60,463 bases of DNA from a virus (Duplodnaviria > Caudoviricetes): the IMG/VR virus record IMGVR_UViG_3300031861_000003, positions 1-60,463 of that record; one strand, 5' to 3'. Shown in pieces: positions 18,559 through 29,605 of the stretch. Within the stretch, counting starts at the first letter, position 1, and each line of letters starts with the position of its first letter. A program made the position numbers and the translations under genes. Below the pieces are notes generated by a model. It was given only the letters and a program-made list of their open reading frames with translations, had not been told where the DNA came from and made no database searches.

Positions 18559-21500
18559 TATTTCCCTCCCTTAACTGTCGGGTCTTCTTCTAACGCGGTT
18601 TCATCACTGGTCGGAGAACTGGTCAGAGGCTTTTCAATAAAGGTTATTTCTTCTTCTATTTGTGCTAGTTCTACTAAAGAGAAGAAGTCATAGGGCCAGT
18701 TGTAACTATAATCTGGAATGTTAATTTTGCTTACGGTGCTTCTTCCTGTAAATTCATTCATGACTGGTATTTTATATGTTGCTTGGCTCTCTCTTGTGTT
18801 TGTTCCATAAGTTTTACTATAGTAATCTTTTTGTGCTTTCTTTTTAACTTTAAAGACCATCCAGCGTAGTTTACCTTGCTTAAGTTTTGTGGAAGATAAT
18901 AATTTCATTTCCGATGATAATAATGGATGACTAATCGAAGTTTCTTGTTCCTCAAACTTAGTTCCTATTTCTGGTGGTAGGTTCTGCCAAATATCTGCTA
19001 GGTCTTGCTGGTTTAGGGTGTGTTTAAATTCAAAGATGTACATTGCAAATGGCGCAAGGTCTTCATTAGTATAAAAATCCATTGTTGGGGGGAATATATA
19101 GTTACCCATCTTCCTTATCATTCCTGCAATTGAATCATCTGCATTAAGGGCATTGATTTTATTATCTGTGATATAACTTCTTATATTTTTTGTCTGTCTA
19201 TTATTAAATGTAAAGAAATTTTTCTTTCCACTTTCGATTAGAAAAGGTACCGCAACAACTGCTTCACTAATTTCTTTTGATTCTGCTACTTGGCCTAGCT
19301 TTTTTTGACCCGAAGTAAATCCAACTAGATCAATAAGAGAACCAGTTGCTGATGCATCATATCCTAATGCGGAATAAATTAGTTTATCAACTTCAGATAA
19401 ATTTAAATAGATACCCTCATCTTCTGTAAGTTTTCCATATTGGTGCCACATTCCTCTAGCGCAAGATTCTGAGCCGTGTGTAGGCAGTGTTATAGGTGCG
19501 TCTATAAAGTTTAAAATTGGTGTTTCAAATTTAGTCTGTATTGCCCAAACTTTTACATTTTTAGTCGGATCGTCAGCAGCAGCGAGGGGGCGGCCTGTTG
19601 TTGCTTCAAAAGTTATTGATGGAATATCCATTTGTTGTGTTAGGTTCACGGAAGCAGAAATTTGCATTGCATTCCTGTTATATATGTCAACTGAAGAATC
19701 ACATATATGATATCTAGTTCCGAGGCCGGTACCCGAAGAGGATATAACTGTGACCGATCCCATTTGCGGGCCTTTTAATAAATTAGTGATGGTCGCGCCG
19801 GATTCGCTACCAGTCAGTGGGTTAGAAGTATAAGAATTGTTTATCCAATCTATTGTGTCCTGTTTCGAAATATCCAAGCAAGAATCAACATCAGGGCCGA
19901 GAAAACAGTTATTTCTACCAGTACTAAAACGACTTAGAAATTCGTTTAGGCCATATGATTTGGAGGGATTAGCAGTGGCGAAAGAAGTGTTTCTAATATA
20001 TTCTATTTCTAAATTATTGTGTATTTCTTGAATAGTATACTGTTTATTTTCTTGTGCTTTAAAGGTCAATAGTGCCCAAGAAGATCCATCATAATAAGGG
20101 GGTGTAAATGGTGCGTTAAACCCAGAATTTGAACCACCGTTATGTGGCATTGTACTGCCCTGGCTAGGTGGGCCGAGGATGGATACTGAAGACGAAAGAT
20201 AGTTAGCGGTAGATGGTGGGCCGAAAGCTGCTGGGTTGCTGTACATAGTTATTGTTTCTGGGGATTTGCTCCCAGGTTCCGGTATCGGAGATGGTATACC
20301 TGTTTTGCCTTTTGAATATCCACGATCGTCGAATGGGAATACTAGTGTTGGAGAATCATCCTTAACAGTTTTTCCTAATTTCATTAATGCAGAATATGAT
20401 TTTCCAGATTTACATTCTTTAAATTTATTTTCTGGCAATGTAACATATGCCGACATATTGTTTCCTTCTAAAAAGAATTCTGGTACTTCTGCTAAAAAAT
20501 TATTCATAGCAAATTTATAAAGATTGGTTCCTTGCCCATCCCAAGAGGCTGTTGTGTTTGTGCTTGCTGATGGGTGTGGTTCCATATTAACAATTGGTAC
20601 TTTTTTCATATAAAGCTCTGGATTTATAAGAGCCTCGAATGGAACTCTTTTGTGAAAGAACAGTTCATCAATATATGATCCAGTATACGGGATTTCGTCG
20701 AGGTTAGTGCCTATCGTTCCATCTAAAGTAACAGTACTAAAACTACCAGTAAAAATTGGATAATCAACTGCTATACCTGACTTGATTGTGTTAAAAAGAA
20801 TTCCGGGCTTCATAAATGGCTGCAAATATGTGTTCCAAACATTTGCTTGTGTATTATCCATCTGTGCTGTACCAGTGGCAGCAGTACTATCGGCGGTGGG
20901 ATAGCTATCTAGATCGTTGTGGTTATTAACATGCTTACCATAAGATTGAGAGAACAATGTTCCTAACTGGACACACCTATTCACTGGATAAAATCCACCA
21001 TAAGGGATAAATTTGATCAAGGCCTTGCATTTCAGAGTTAACTCGCTTGATTTGTGATCAGAATCAAGAACTTCAAAATGCTTCATAAAATCAGAGTGAC
21101 TATAAACTTTATAAAAATCCTCCTCTCCGCTTGTTTCTATGTCCGAGCCAGTGATTGTAAAAAGTCCACTTCCAGTTGATAAAAAGTTATCTTTTTGAAG
21201 ATATCTCTCCATATGTTCTGAAATGCGGAATTCTGGAAGAATGGAGTAGCCGTGTGTTTTTCCCTTCATATCTTCAAGATAATGATTATAGTCCTTATAA
21301 TAGAATGGGTTTTTACCAGATTGTTCTCCTGCCTCCCACTTTGTGTCTCCACCAAAGATGCGAGATATAGAAGAGGTGTCTGTAGAAATTGTTGTAGATG
21401 GTATCCTTCCACCAAGTATGTCAAGACCCTTACCATATCCGCTAAATGCCATAGTTGATGCCGACATCGGCAGTGTTTGGCGGCGGGCGTATTGTAGGCC

Positions 21501-24500
21501 AGAGAATAGCGGGCGATTGACTGTTGCGGAGCCACCAGCAGTCGCGACTTTTATCTGCCCGTGTAACTGTGGTGCTGGTGATTGTAGTTCACCTTCTCCT
21601 CCGTGATAATGTGGGTAAAATGCTCCGACATTTCCGCAAGTATTATTGGAGGATGTTCCCATCTCTGTAACCCAATCATATGCTGTATCTGCTGTTTCAA
21701 AGTTCATCCGAGCGTCGAGGGGCCACATGCTTTGTGAGAAGCAAGTTAAATAAGTTATGTCATCATCGGTTCCAACTCCTCCAAAAGAAGCTGAATCGAG
21801 GACAAGTGTTCCGCTTTGAATGTTCTGAGAGTTTGTTGAGGAATTAACTAGATTTCTATCTGTTCTCGAATCTTTCCAGAACTTACATTCGAACTGTGTT
21901 CTAGAGCGGATTTTTCCTGTTGCCCAGTTTGCCTCTGCGGGATAGACTATTTCTGGGTATTTTAGTGATACAAATGCATCGATTGGGTTTGCATCGAGAT
22001 CAATTGAATCTCCTATGTAATACTCTTTTAGTGTGTCGAAAGATTGTTTTGTGTTTTTAATGAGGTTTGTTAGCTGAACTAGTCTAGCGTTTGAGAAGCT
22101 GGATAAGTTATTTCCGTAGGGTAGGCTTAATCTGATGTTGTTTGTTACTTTTCCAGCATCTCCGTATGTTGCGACTATTATTTCTAGTGTAAGATCTTTG
22201 TATTTTGATAATACTGGTGTTTCTTGATATCTCTCAAGAGGAAGTAGATCGGATTGAACCGCTGTTGTGCCAGCGTTTATTGTTGTTAGGTAATCTTTGT
22301 TTGGAGGATTAATTGTTATTGTATTATTAGCTCTGTAATATCTTGTTAATGGATTTTGGTCTCCGCGTATTTGTTTCCAAGAAGGCCAACCGTATGGCCC
22401 TTGGCGATGGAGGAGGAGTGAGTTTAGAATAAAAGAATTTCCGTCCTGGAGTCCCCAAGTCGGATTCTCCGGAGTAATCCCAAATATATGACCGTGATTT
22501 AAAACATAAGATGAAACCCCAGAAGCAGGAGGATATCCTAGTAGTGCAGTCTCTGGTGTTAAAAGATCCGTAATGTTAAAGTTGGTGCCTGCGAAATCCG
22601 TAAATCTTTGTGAATTAGGCAGTAGAGAAAGTAGCGGTGGACTATTTTTAGAAAAAGCAAAGTAACGAGGATTGCCTCCCGTCAAATCCTTGGCAGAAAT
22701 GGCATCACTCGCACTAACAAATTGCATATCTGCGGATGTAGTAAGACATTGATCTGATATCGTTGATGCTGTGATCCAAGCATATCGATAATCGTTGCGA
22801 GGGATATTGTGTTGAACGTAATAGTTGTCGTATTTTGTGCCGCAGGAGGATCCTGGAATATTGGAGGTTGGATGATATTCCGTGTTTCTATTAACTTGAT
22901 AGGGAGAACCAACTCCGCTGTAGTCCAAGGCGTTTGCCGATGAGCCGGCAGCTTCCTTTACATTTATGCCCGAGAAGTATCCGAACTGATTAACATGCGA
23001 AGATAAGATACTATTATTGACGCCTCTAACATCTAGATTTCTAGAGTTCATATCGTTGTTTGGCGAATATTCCCCGGAGTACCTGTCTAATCCCCAGCCA
23101 CCATCTGAATCACCCATCGTAGAGGGGTCTCCTGGCGCCGAGAAGCGATTCACGAAGACATGCTCGGTTCTACCACGGATAACCTTTTCAACGTCGCTAA
23201 GGGGGGAACCTGGGAATGAGGAGGAGATATAGTCTGTTGTTAAATCAAAGCCCTCGCTTTTCACGAAGTGAGCGTTGTTTTCATAGCGGCCCATTGTATG
23301 AACAATCTCGAAGTCTTTGGTATAGTTGCCAAGAGAATTGGTTTTGATGTTCTTAATATTAACTGGTCTTTTCGCTACGAAATCTCTGTAGTAAATTGCT
23401 CTCGGACTATTCAGGGCCTGAGTGACTATTTTTACTTCGCCAACAGAAGTTTCTAGCTTCCAGGGCTCAGGGCGAGTTGCTGGAGCTTCAAATAATTCTG
23501 TATGCCTATGCTGGTTTCCTCCCACAAATTTCTCTGTGAATGGACTCTGCATTGGCGCGGAGAAATCTCCGAATCCCTGGTTGTATGAATCATTGTGATA
23601 ATTCTTTAAACCGTAATTCCCGATACTTGTTGTTAACTTTCCGTCTTCGTCTACATATAGAGAAAATGGTGCAGTTATATCACCCTTTGGTGAAGTATAA
23701 CCTATTTCATCTCCAACTCTTTCTAGGGAGAAACCGGTTTTGTTTTTTGTTTCCAAGTCATCGAAATCTATACAATCGAGTTCTTGTGCAATATTACTTT
23801 GTTTAATTGTTAATTCTTCGGAGCCTCCGACCTTAAGTGTTGATTTTATGAAACCAGTGTTTCTGTTTCTGAAACTTAATGTTTCTGAGTCTACTACTGA
23901 TTGATCGAGCTTATACGGAGTGCTTAGTTTTCTATCAAATATTGATTTCTTTGCTTGATATATTTTAGTTCTATTCGCATTTTCTGGAACTCTTTTTATG
24001 TCTTGCCACAAACAGTTTTTATTATCAACCATTGGGATCGGAGCGTGGCCATGTTTCCAATCATAAGAAACCTCGCTAACTCCTCGTAATGCAGCTTCTG
24101 GATCTTCCTGCTTCATTTCTAGCGTTGGGAATTTTGTCCAATATTTGTTTCTTTCTAGAACATGACTCTCGACCATATTGCGGATTCTGTCAGAGAAATT
24201 TGCCGATGCTGGAATCAGTTGTTCTAGGAATTTGTTAAGCGAATCATCGATCCATTTGTAGAAATCAACGAATTTGTCTAAATCTGCTCCTGCTCCAACT
24301 CTTTCAAAAAAGAGGGCTCTGAGCTTTTGCATTGATTTATATTCTTGTCTGTATCTATTAACGGGGTCTCCGATAAGATTATTGAAGTCTGTGACGGTTG
24401 CGAAGATATTTAACATCTCGTCAGTAATCGCCTGATACATGCTTTTCTCAAATGCATAGTAATATTGTATTGGTCTTGTTTGTCTTGTGAAGGTATTATC

Positions 24501-27374
24501 ATCTTGCGACATAATATTAACAAGATCGGCTTCTGAAATTTGTTCTGGTGGTAGTTGCTTACCGGCATAGATATATTTTAGGTCTGCTACCTTGTTATCA
24601 TTTTCTATAAAGAAGTCTCCGACACCAGTATGAAGCTTTTTAGATGTTTCGCTATACCACCCATATCGATCGGTGTCGGATGAAGAGCCGGAGGAAAAGT
24701 CAATAACAGAGAATTGTCCAGCGGCGTTAGAGGAAGAGACTTGATTGAATTCCCAATCTAGAAATAGTGTTTCTACTTCTGGAATTCTAATGTTTTCTAG
24801 TTGTGAGGGCCATAAATAAGTATTTTTGCTGGGGTTTAGAGTTCCATAGTTCTGTGGATCTCTTGCGTGTGTTTTTATTACATCGTTATCGAGATAGGAA
24901 CCCCAGTATCTAACTGACGAAATCTTAACATCTGTCTTGTTTATATTGCTGCCCGTGAAATTTGTAACATGGGATCCAGCGTAAACTCTCTTTGCTTGTG
25001 TTAAAAATGATTGGCCAACTGAGGAAGAGGGTAATGATGCGGTTAATAGGAATTCATTTTTATTAACCCCGGCCTCGCTGTTAACCCCGTAAAATTCTAA
25101 AGTATAGTCTTGGAGATCTGCGCTTTCAACTGCGCCTGCACCATAAGCTGGTTTATAGCGTATAGCGAAATTCCATTTTTCGTTTTCGTAAGTGTCTAAA
25201 TATGTGTCCGTTTCTAAGTTTATAGCTCCGTGACTACTGGTGAGAACAAACTTTACATTTTTAGATTCAACTTCCTCTCGGATTGCATATACTCTAACAT
25301 CTGGATCTTGCCACGTAAAGTCGGTTCCATCGGATGCATCTGCTCCGTGAAATCCAAATAGTGATGAAGTTATAAAGTTTGTGCTAAAATAGCTTTCGTG
25401 TGTTTGTTCTAGTTTTATCGGGAAGATGACTTCGCTTTCTAGAGTGAAAGAAGTATATTTAGCATCGTCGCTAGCGCTTATAAAGGAAATTGAGTTTGCG
25501 TCCGAGGAGGTTTGTTGGTATACTGAGCCATCAAATCTATCTGGGCCATTAAAATCTATATATTTCTTTTTTACAGTATCTACTCTAAATTTATCTTCAT
25601 TGACCTCGACTTGTGTATTATTCCCGTATAGGTTTAGTCTGACTAAGCTGTCGTCAACACCATAACATCTTATGAGATTTCGGAAGGTTTTTGAAGTGCC
25701 CTTTGTTTTATAGATGTACAGGAGGTTGTTGTAGATGTTTTTATAAATCGTATTTTTAATATCGTTTAGATCTAGATCAAAGTTTCTGTCTTCATCTCTG
25801 TTTAAAATTGTATTGATGACATCTGCATTTGCGAAGATCTCGGGAGTTATCATGCCGTAACCTTCCAAGAGGTGCTTTGAAAGGATATTTGGCTTTTCAT
25901 CTTCATCCAACAGAGGATAACTCATGTCTTTCAATGTTGGGAGTGCTTCTATTTGTAGGTGGAGAGTATCAAAATAGCTGCTCATTACTTGAGTTAGTTT
26001 TAATAATGTATCTCCATTCTGCACTCGGTCTTCATCAATTATCCAATCTGGCATTGTATGATAGATTGATGCGTTGTTTTGAAAGTCGTGTGCTGAACCT
26101 GATCTGGTAAGATTTGCTTTTAAAGTAACAATATCTGGATGTTCCTCATAAATGATTGGATCTTCGAACTCTCTGATTGCTGCTGAAGCTTCAACCATTG
26201 CAGAGCCGGTACTTCTGAAGTTTGTTGTGCCATCATATCCTGTCCACGTTCCATTTGAGAATCTACCAGAATAATCAAGTATTGTTGAGTCAGTTGTAGA
26301 ATTTCCAGTGATGCCTTCATTAAACTTGAAATAAACACCTAGATCTGTGTTTGCTAGGTCTGTGTTTGTTCCTCCACCGATATGAGTAAACCAGTTGCGG
26401 CCAATTTCTTCTGAAGTTCTTTTTGTTTTCCAGAAACGAAATTCGTCGATGGAACCAGACCACTGTCCTGGTGCTAGAAGATCGTGGGCTGCTACATCTC
26501 CAATGGTTAAAATCTCCGGAGACCCCATTATGTAGTCGGTGGGGAATGCGGTGCCGTATTGAGTTCCGTCTAATTCTCCATTGACGTACCATTTATACTC
26601 GGGGCCGGGTCCACCCACTACAACCCTATCCTCAGTATGATAAAAGGAAAGTGCTACATGATTCCAAGACCCGCTTACAAACTTATCGGGATCTAAAATA
26701 CTTGTTGTGGCTGCTCCTGCTCCATCTAAACGAAGGTGTACTCTCATATCATAGTCAGATCCATCAGGTCTGACATAAACTTTAATTTCTGCATTAGAGC
26801 CGGTAAGTTGAAACAAGAGATTTCCATGAGAGGGTACCAACTCTCCTGGTTTTATCCAACACTCAACTGTAATACCTTCCGATCCAGAAATAACAGTCTG
26901 CAAATTTGATTCTCGATTGTCCTCGACATCATAGATGTTTGCTTTATCAAATTTCTCTGGAGTTTCTTTGTTAATATGTTCGGGTGGCGCCTCATTTGGT
27001 CCGCCCTTCACAGTTATATAACTATTGCCATCAAAAGTCACATATCCATTTGTTCGAGGATAGAGATTATCTAGGATGTATAAATCTAGATAAGTTGACT
27101 CATTGCGGAACTCTGTTCTTTCTTTTAGAGATCCGTCATAGGGATAAGAGTTAACGACTCTGCCGATAGCGTCATTATAGTATTGCTCCGCAGAGCCATA
27201 TCTTGCGAAGTTGTCTGGAATAGAGAAATCAACTTGAGGGATGAATCTGTTGTCTTCCGCAATAGCTGCTTTTATATTACCATCAGATTCTGCTTCTGCG
27301 CCTCGCTCTTCTTGGCTTTTAGCGTCCAAAAACTTTTCTGGGATATCTTTATTGAATAGGTCTTTTATACTCAT
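18558..27374 (-). CDS. Giant baseplate/tail protein with LamG/concanavalin-A-like domains
   Basis: 2938 aa; ITVECWIK, WNHVAL, YVNGEL, GSIDEFRFW LamG motifs; IYKTKGT..FRNLIRCYG baseplate-wedge-like motif. Confidence 0.75.
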   Translation of the reverse strand: MSIKDLFNKDIPEKFLDAKSQEERGAEAESDGNIKAAIAEDNRFIPQVDFSIPDNFARYGSAEQYYNDAIGRVVNSYPYDGSLKERTEFRNESTYLDLYILDNLYPRTNGYVTFDGNSYITVKGGPNEAPPEHINKETPEKFDKANIYDVEDNRESNLQTVISGSEGITVECWIKPGELVPSHGNLLFQLTGSNAEIKVYVRPDGSDYDMRVHLRLDGAGAATTSILDPDKFVSGSWNHVALSFYHTEDRVVVGGPGPEYKWYVNGELDGTQYGTAFPTDYIMGSPEILTIGDVAAHDLLAPGQWSGSIDEFRFWKTKRTSEEIGRNWFTHIGGGTNTDLANTDLGVYFKFNEGITGNSTTDSTILDYSGRFSNGTWTGYDGTTNFRSTGSAMVEASAAIREFEDPIIYEEHPDIVTLKANLTRSGSAHDFQNNASIYHTMPDWIIDEDRVQNGDTLLKLTQVMSSYFDTLHLQIEALPTLKDMSYPLLDEDEKPNILSKHLLEGYGMITPEIFANADVINTILNRDEDRNFDLDLNDIKNTIYKNIYNNLLYIYKTKGTSKTFRNLIRCYGVDDSLVRLNLYGNNTQVEVNEDKFRVDTVKKKYIDFNGPDRFDGSVYQQTSSDANSISFISASDDAKYTSFTLESEVIFPIKLEQTHESYFSTNFITSSLFGFHGADASDGTDFTWQDPDVRVYAIREEVESKNVKFVLTSSHGAINLETDTYLDTYENEKWNFAIRYKPAYGAGAVESADLQDYTLEFYGVNSEAGVNKNEFLLTASLPSSSVGQSFLTQAKRVYAGSHVTNFTGSNINKTDVKISSVRYWGSYLDNDVIKTHARDPQNYGTLNPSKNTYLWPSQLENIRIPEVETLFLDWEFNQVSSSNAAGQFSVIDFSSGSSSDTDRYGWYSETSKKLHTGVGDFFIENDNKVADLKYIYAGKQLPPEQISEADLVNIMSQDDNTFTRQTRPIQYYYAFEKSMYQAITDEMLNIFATVTDFNNLIGDPVNRYRQEYKSMQKLRALFFERVGAGADLDKFVDFYKWIDDSLNKFLEQLIPASANFSDRIRNMVESHVLERNKYWTKFPTLEMKQEDPEAALRGVSEVSYDWKHGHAPIPMVDNKNCLWQDIKRVPENANRTKIYQAKKSIFDRKLSTPYKLDQSVVDSETLSFRNRNTGFIKSTLKVGGSEELTIKQSNIAQELDCIDFDDLETKNKTGFSLERVGDEIGYTSPKGDITAPFSLYVDEDGKLTTSIGNYGLKNYHNDSYNQGFGDFSAPMQSPFTEKFVGGNQHRHTELFEAPATRPEPWKLETSVGEVKIVTQALNSPRAIYYRDFVAKRPVNIKNIKTNSLGNYTKDFEIVHTMGRYENNAHFVKSEGFDLTTDYISSSFPGSPLSDVEKVIRGRTEHVFVNRFSAPGDPSTMGDSDGGWGLDRYSGEYSPNNDMNSRNLDVRGVNNSILSSHVNQFGYFSGINVKEAAGSSANALDYSGVGSPYQVNRNTEYHPTSNIPGSSCGTKYDNYYVQHNIPRNDYRYAWITASTISDQCLTTSADMQFVSASDAISAKDLTGGNPRYFAFSKNSPPLLSLLPNSQRFTDFAGTNFNITDLLTPETALLGYPPASGVSSYVLNHGHIFGITPENPTWGLQDGNSFILNSLLLHRQGPYGWPSWKQIRGDQNPLTRYYRANNTITINPPNKDYLTTINAGTTAVQSDLLPLERYQETPVLSKYKDLTLEIIVATYGDAGKVTNNIRLSLPYGNNLSSFSNARLVQLTNLIKNTKQSFDTLKEYYIGDSIDLDANPIDAFVSLKYPEIVYPAEANWATGKIRSRTQFECKFWKDSRTDRNLVNSSTNSQNIQSGTLVLDSASFGGVGTDDDITYLTCFSQSMWPLDARMNFETADTAYDWVTEMGTSSNNTCGNVGAFYPHYHGGEGELQSPAPQLHGQIKVATAGGSATVNRPLFSGLQYARRQTLPMSASTMAFSGYGKGLDILGGRIPSTTISTDTSSISRIFGGDTKWEAGEQSGKNPFYYKDYNHYLEDMKGKTHGYSILPEFRISEHMERYLQKDNFLSTGSGLFTITGSDIETSGEEDFYKVYSHSDFMKHFEVLDSDHKSSELTLKCKALIKFIPYGGFYPVNRCVQLGTLFSQSYGKHVNNHNDLDSYPTADSTAATGTAQMDNTQANVWNTYLQPFMKPGILFNTIKSGIAVDYPIFTGSFSTVTLDGTIGTNLDEIPYTGSYIDELFFHKRVPFEALINPELYMKKVPIVNMEPHPSASTNTTASWDGQGTNLYKFAMNNFLAEVPEFFLEGNNMSAYVTLPENKFKECKSGKSYSALMKLGKTVKDDSPTLVFPFDDRGYSKGKTGIPSPIPEPGSKSPETITMYSNPAAFGPPSTANYLSSSVSILGPPSQGSTMPHNGGSNSGFNAPFTPPYYDGSSWALLTFKAQENKQYTIQEIHNNLEIEYIRNTSFATANPSKSYGLNEFLSRFSTGRNNCFLGPDVDSCLDISKQDTIDWINNSYTSNPLTGSESGATITNLLKGPQMGSVTVISSSGTGLGTRYHICDSSVDIYNRNAMQISASVNLTQQMDIPSITFEATTGRPLAAADDPTKNVKVWAIQTKFETPILNFIDAPITLPTHGSESCARGMWHQYGKLTEDEGIYLNLSEVDKLIYSALGYDASATGSLIDLVGFTSGQKKLGQVAESKEISEAVVAVPFLIESGKKNFFTFNNRQTKNIRSYITDNKINALNADDSIAGMIRKMGNYIFPPTMDFYTNEDLAPFAMYIFEFKHTLNQQDLADIWQNLPPEIGTKFEEQETSISHPLLSSEMKLLSSTKLKQGKLRWMVFKVKKKAQKDYYSKTYGTNTRESQATYKIPVMNEFTGRSTVSKINIPDYSYNWPYDFFSLVELAQIEEEITFIEKPLTSSPTSDETALEEDPTVKGGK

Positions 27375-29605
27375 TGACTATCTAAATCCTCTACTCTGAA
27401 TTTCCAAGCTTGTCTTTGTTCGACATAAGATTTAGTAGAAGGATTGTAGAAGGCGACTTTAATACCATAAGCGTAATCGGGCTGTAGTAACGACATATCT
27501 AGATTGAAGTGATTTCCCTTCTCGTCATAGGACATGATAGTATGATTATCGCTTCCTGTTCCGTATGGTATTACTTCCAAATCGTCCACAACTCTATAAA
27601 CCTTATAAGCAGCTTTCTCAATTGGTGTTGTTTCAATATCTTGGCTTGCTACAGTATAAATAGTTGGTGACCAATCTTTTGGTCTTACATAAAGCTGCAT
27701 TCTTGGACTCTCGTATGTGGAATAAACTGGCTTTAGATTTGTGATGTTACAATAGTATTTTGTGTTTGGCTGATATGTTGAGCCCGCATGGGTTTTAACA
27801 TCAATCGTGCCGGTGTGGAAATCGACTCTTTCTTCTCCTGATCCGCTGTGCCAAACATCATAAATAACACTAGCTGTTGTTTCTAGGGCGAATGATGCTG
27901 AATAAATTCCAGTTGAGACTCTGCCAACTGTGGGGTTGCCCAAGGATGAGCCGCCCAATGTTGCATATAATCTTAAATCCAAATCTGTATAATTCGGTAT
28001 GTCTGCATACTGACCTCGTGAGATATTGTATAAATAAATGGTATTTAGGTTGTCTGCTGCTGGGACCATAGAACTACTAGCATAGAAATCACCCCTATCA
28101 TCCTGAATGCTTGAGTTCCAGCGAGCTTCGATGACGGGTCTCTTGAAGAAGAACTCTGAGGATCTTGCGAAGAATTTCTTGGTGTAGTAGTTTAGAGTTG
28201 AGCCTTCGACATTAATTAGTTGGCCGCTGGTAGCATCTTGAGCCAAAATGCCTCCTCCTCCTGCACAAACACTAGCAGTAATCGCCATGGTGCCCGATCC
28301 TGTTGCATATAAATTATATGTTCCAACTTGGTCGTAAATACTAGCAGTAAGGGGTGGTGTTCCGAGGTGGATTTCATCTCTTGGATCATCTCCGTTTACC
28401 CACCAATTCTTAAGAGAAGCTTGGCTGCTATGAATCTCTTTAAGGTTGCTTGGGCATCCATTATTATAAATTTCTAATACTTCTGCTGCTGATAATTCTT
28501 TATCATAAAATGCTATGTCGTCGATGGATCCGGTCATTAAATGCATGCCGGTACTGGCTTGGCCGATCCTGAAATTAACTAAATCTCTTCGCACGGAAGT
28601 TGATGGATTAGACCTATTATCATTTATATTGCCCAAAGACTGAGAAATTCCATTTAAATATAATGTAGGCAAGTTATTGTCGAGTACTCCTGGTGCTATA
28701 TCATCTAGAGTCATTGCAATATGGGTCCATCCATTATCAGCGAGAAGGCCCGGAGATGTATCACATGATATTTCTCCATCACTCCAACTCCGAAGAAATT
28801 GCAAACCCTTATTACTTTGTCTGCCCAGCCTTAAAGCACGAGTAGGTATATCATCAGAACCCCAAAGAGCGATGGCGCGATTACCAAGATTGTCCATTTG
28901 AACCCATGCTGAGAAGGATAGTTTTCCAGATGAAGAGCTTACTTCATTGTCTCCAGAGCCAGATAGCCACGCTAACTGATCAAAAGTAACTGATTCTCTT
29001 GGATAATAATCTGCGTAATAGGCTTCTTCTGATGCAGTCAATTGAAGACCTATGCCATAATTGCTTCCGTTTAACACCCAGTCCTCGACTAGAGTGGTGA
29101 TATCTATTTCTAAATCTTCGGTACCTTTTTCAAAGGTTTGTTTATATTCGGTTCCCGTATAATCTCCGCCCATACGAACCCAAGCAGCGGTGTTTGATGC
29201 CGAAATCCAAGTTGCGCCTGCATTGCCGTATGTCTTGTCTTTGTATTCTTCCATATCAAGACCAATACCTTCTTGCCAATCTGTTATTACTTTCTTAGCA
29301 GATAATGTAAAGTTTCTTGGAAGAGTTTGTGAGTGAGGAGCATTGTGCATTTTAAGATAAAAGTTGACTTTTCCAACAGCGGGAATTTCCTCGGCTGCTC
29401 TATCGGAGATTATTTCATCAACTGGGAACTTAATAAGTGTTCTCTCTAGTTCAGAAGAGGTTCCTCCATTCTGGCCATAAAGTGAAAATATTTCAAGGAT
29501 ATCAGATGCTCCCATATTGGCGTCTGTGCCTCGCTTTGTTAAGTTGCTCTCAAAAGCGTTTGTGATGGTGGTGTCTGAATTTGCTGTATATCTCTTAATA
29601 GCCAT
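27371..29605 (-). CDS. Baseplate/tail protein with internal LamG domain
   Basis: SFSAWV, WTHIAMT, LYLNG, GSIDDIAFYDKELSAAEV; translationally coupled to neighbours. Confidence 0.7.
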   Translation of the reverse strand: MAIKRYTANSDTTITNAFESNLTKRGTDANMGASDILEIFSLYGQNGGTSSELERTLIKFPVDEIISDRAAEEIPAVGKVNFYLKMHNAPHSQTLPRNFTLSAKKVITDWQEGIGLDMEEYKDKTYGNAGATWISASNTAAWVRMGGDYTGTEYKQTFEKGTEDLEIDITTLVEDWVLNGSNYGIGLQLTASEEAYYADYYPRESVTFDQLAWLSGSGDNEVSSSSGKLSFSAWVQMDNLGNRAIALWGSDDIPTRALRLGRQSNKGLQFLRSWSDGEISCDTSPGLLADNGWTHIAMTLDDIAPGVLDNNLPTLYLNGISQSLGNINDNRSNPSTSVRRDLVNFRIGQASTGMHLMTGSIDDIAFYDKELSAAEVLEIYNNGCPSNLKEIHSSQASLKNWWVNGDDPRDEIHLGTPPLTASIYDQVGTYNLYATGSGTMAITASVCAGGGGILAQDATSGQLINVEGSTLNYYTKKFFARSSEFFFKRPVIEARWNSSIQDDRGDFYASSSMVPAADNLNTIYLYNISRGQYADIPNYTDLDLRLYATLGGSSLGNPTVGRVSTGIYSASFALETTASVIYDVWHSGSGEERVDFHTGTIDVKTHAGSTYQPNTKYYCNITNLKPVYSTYESPRMQLYVRPKDWSPTIYTVASQDIETTPIEKAAYKVYRVVDDLEVIPYGTGSDNHTIMSYDEKGNHFNLDMSLLQPDYAYGIKVAFYNPSTKSYVEQRQAWKFRVEDLDSQ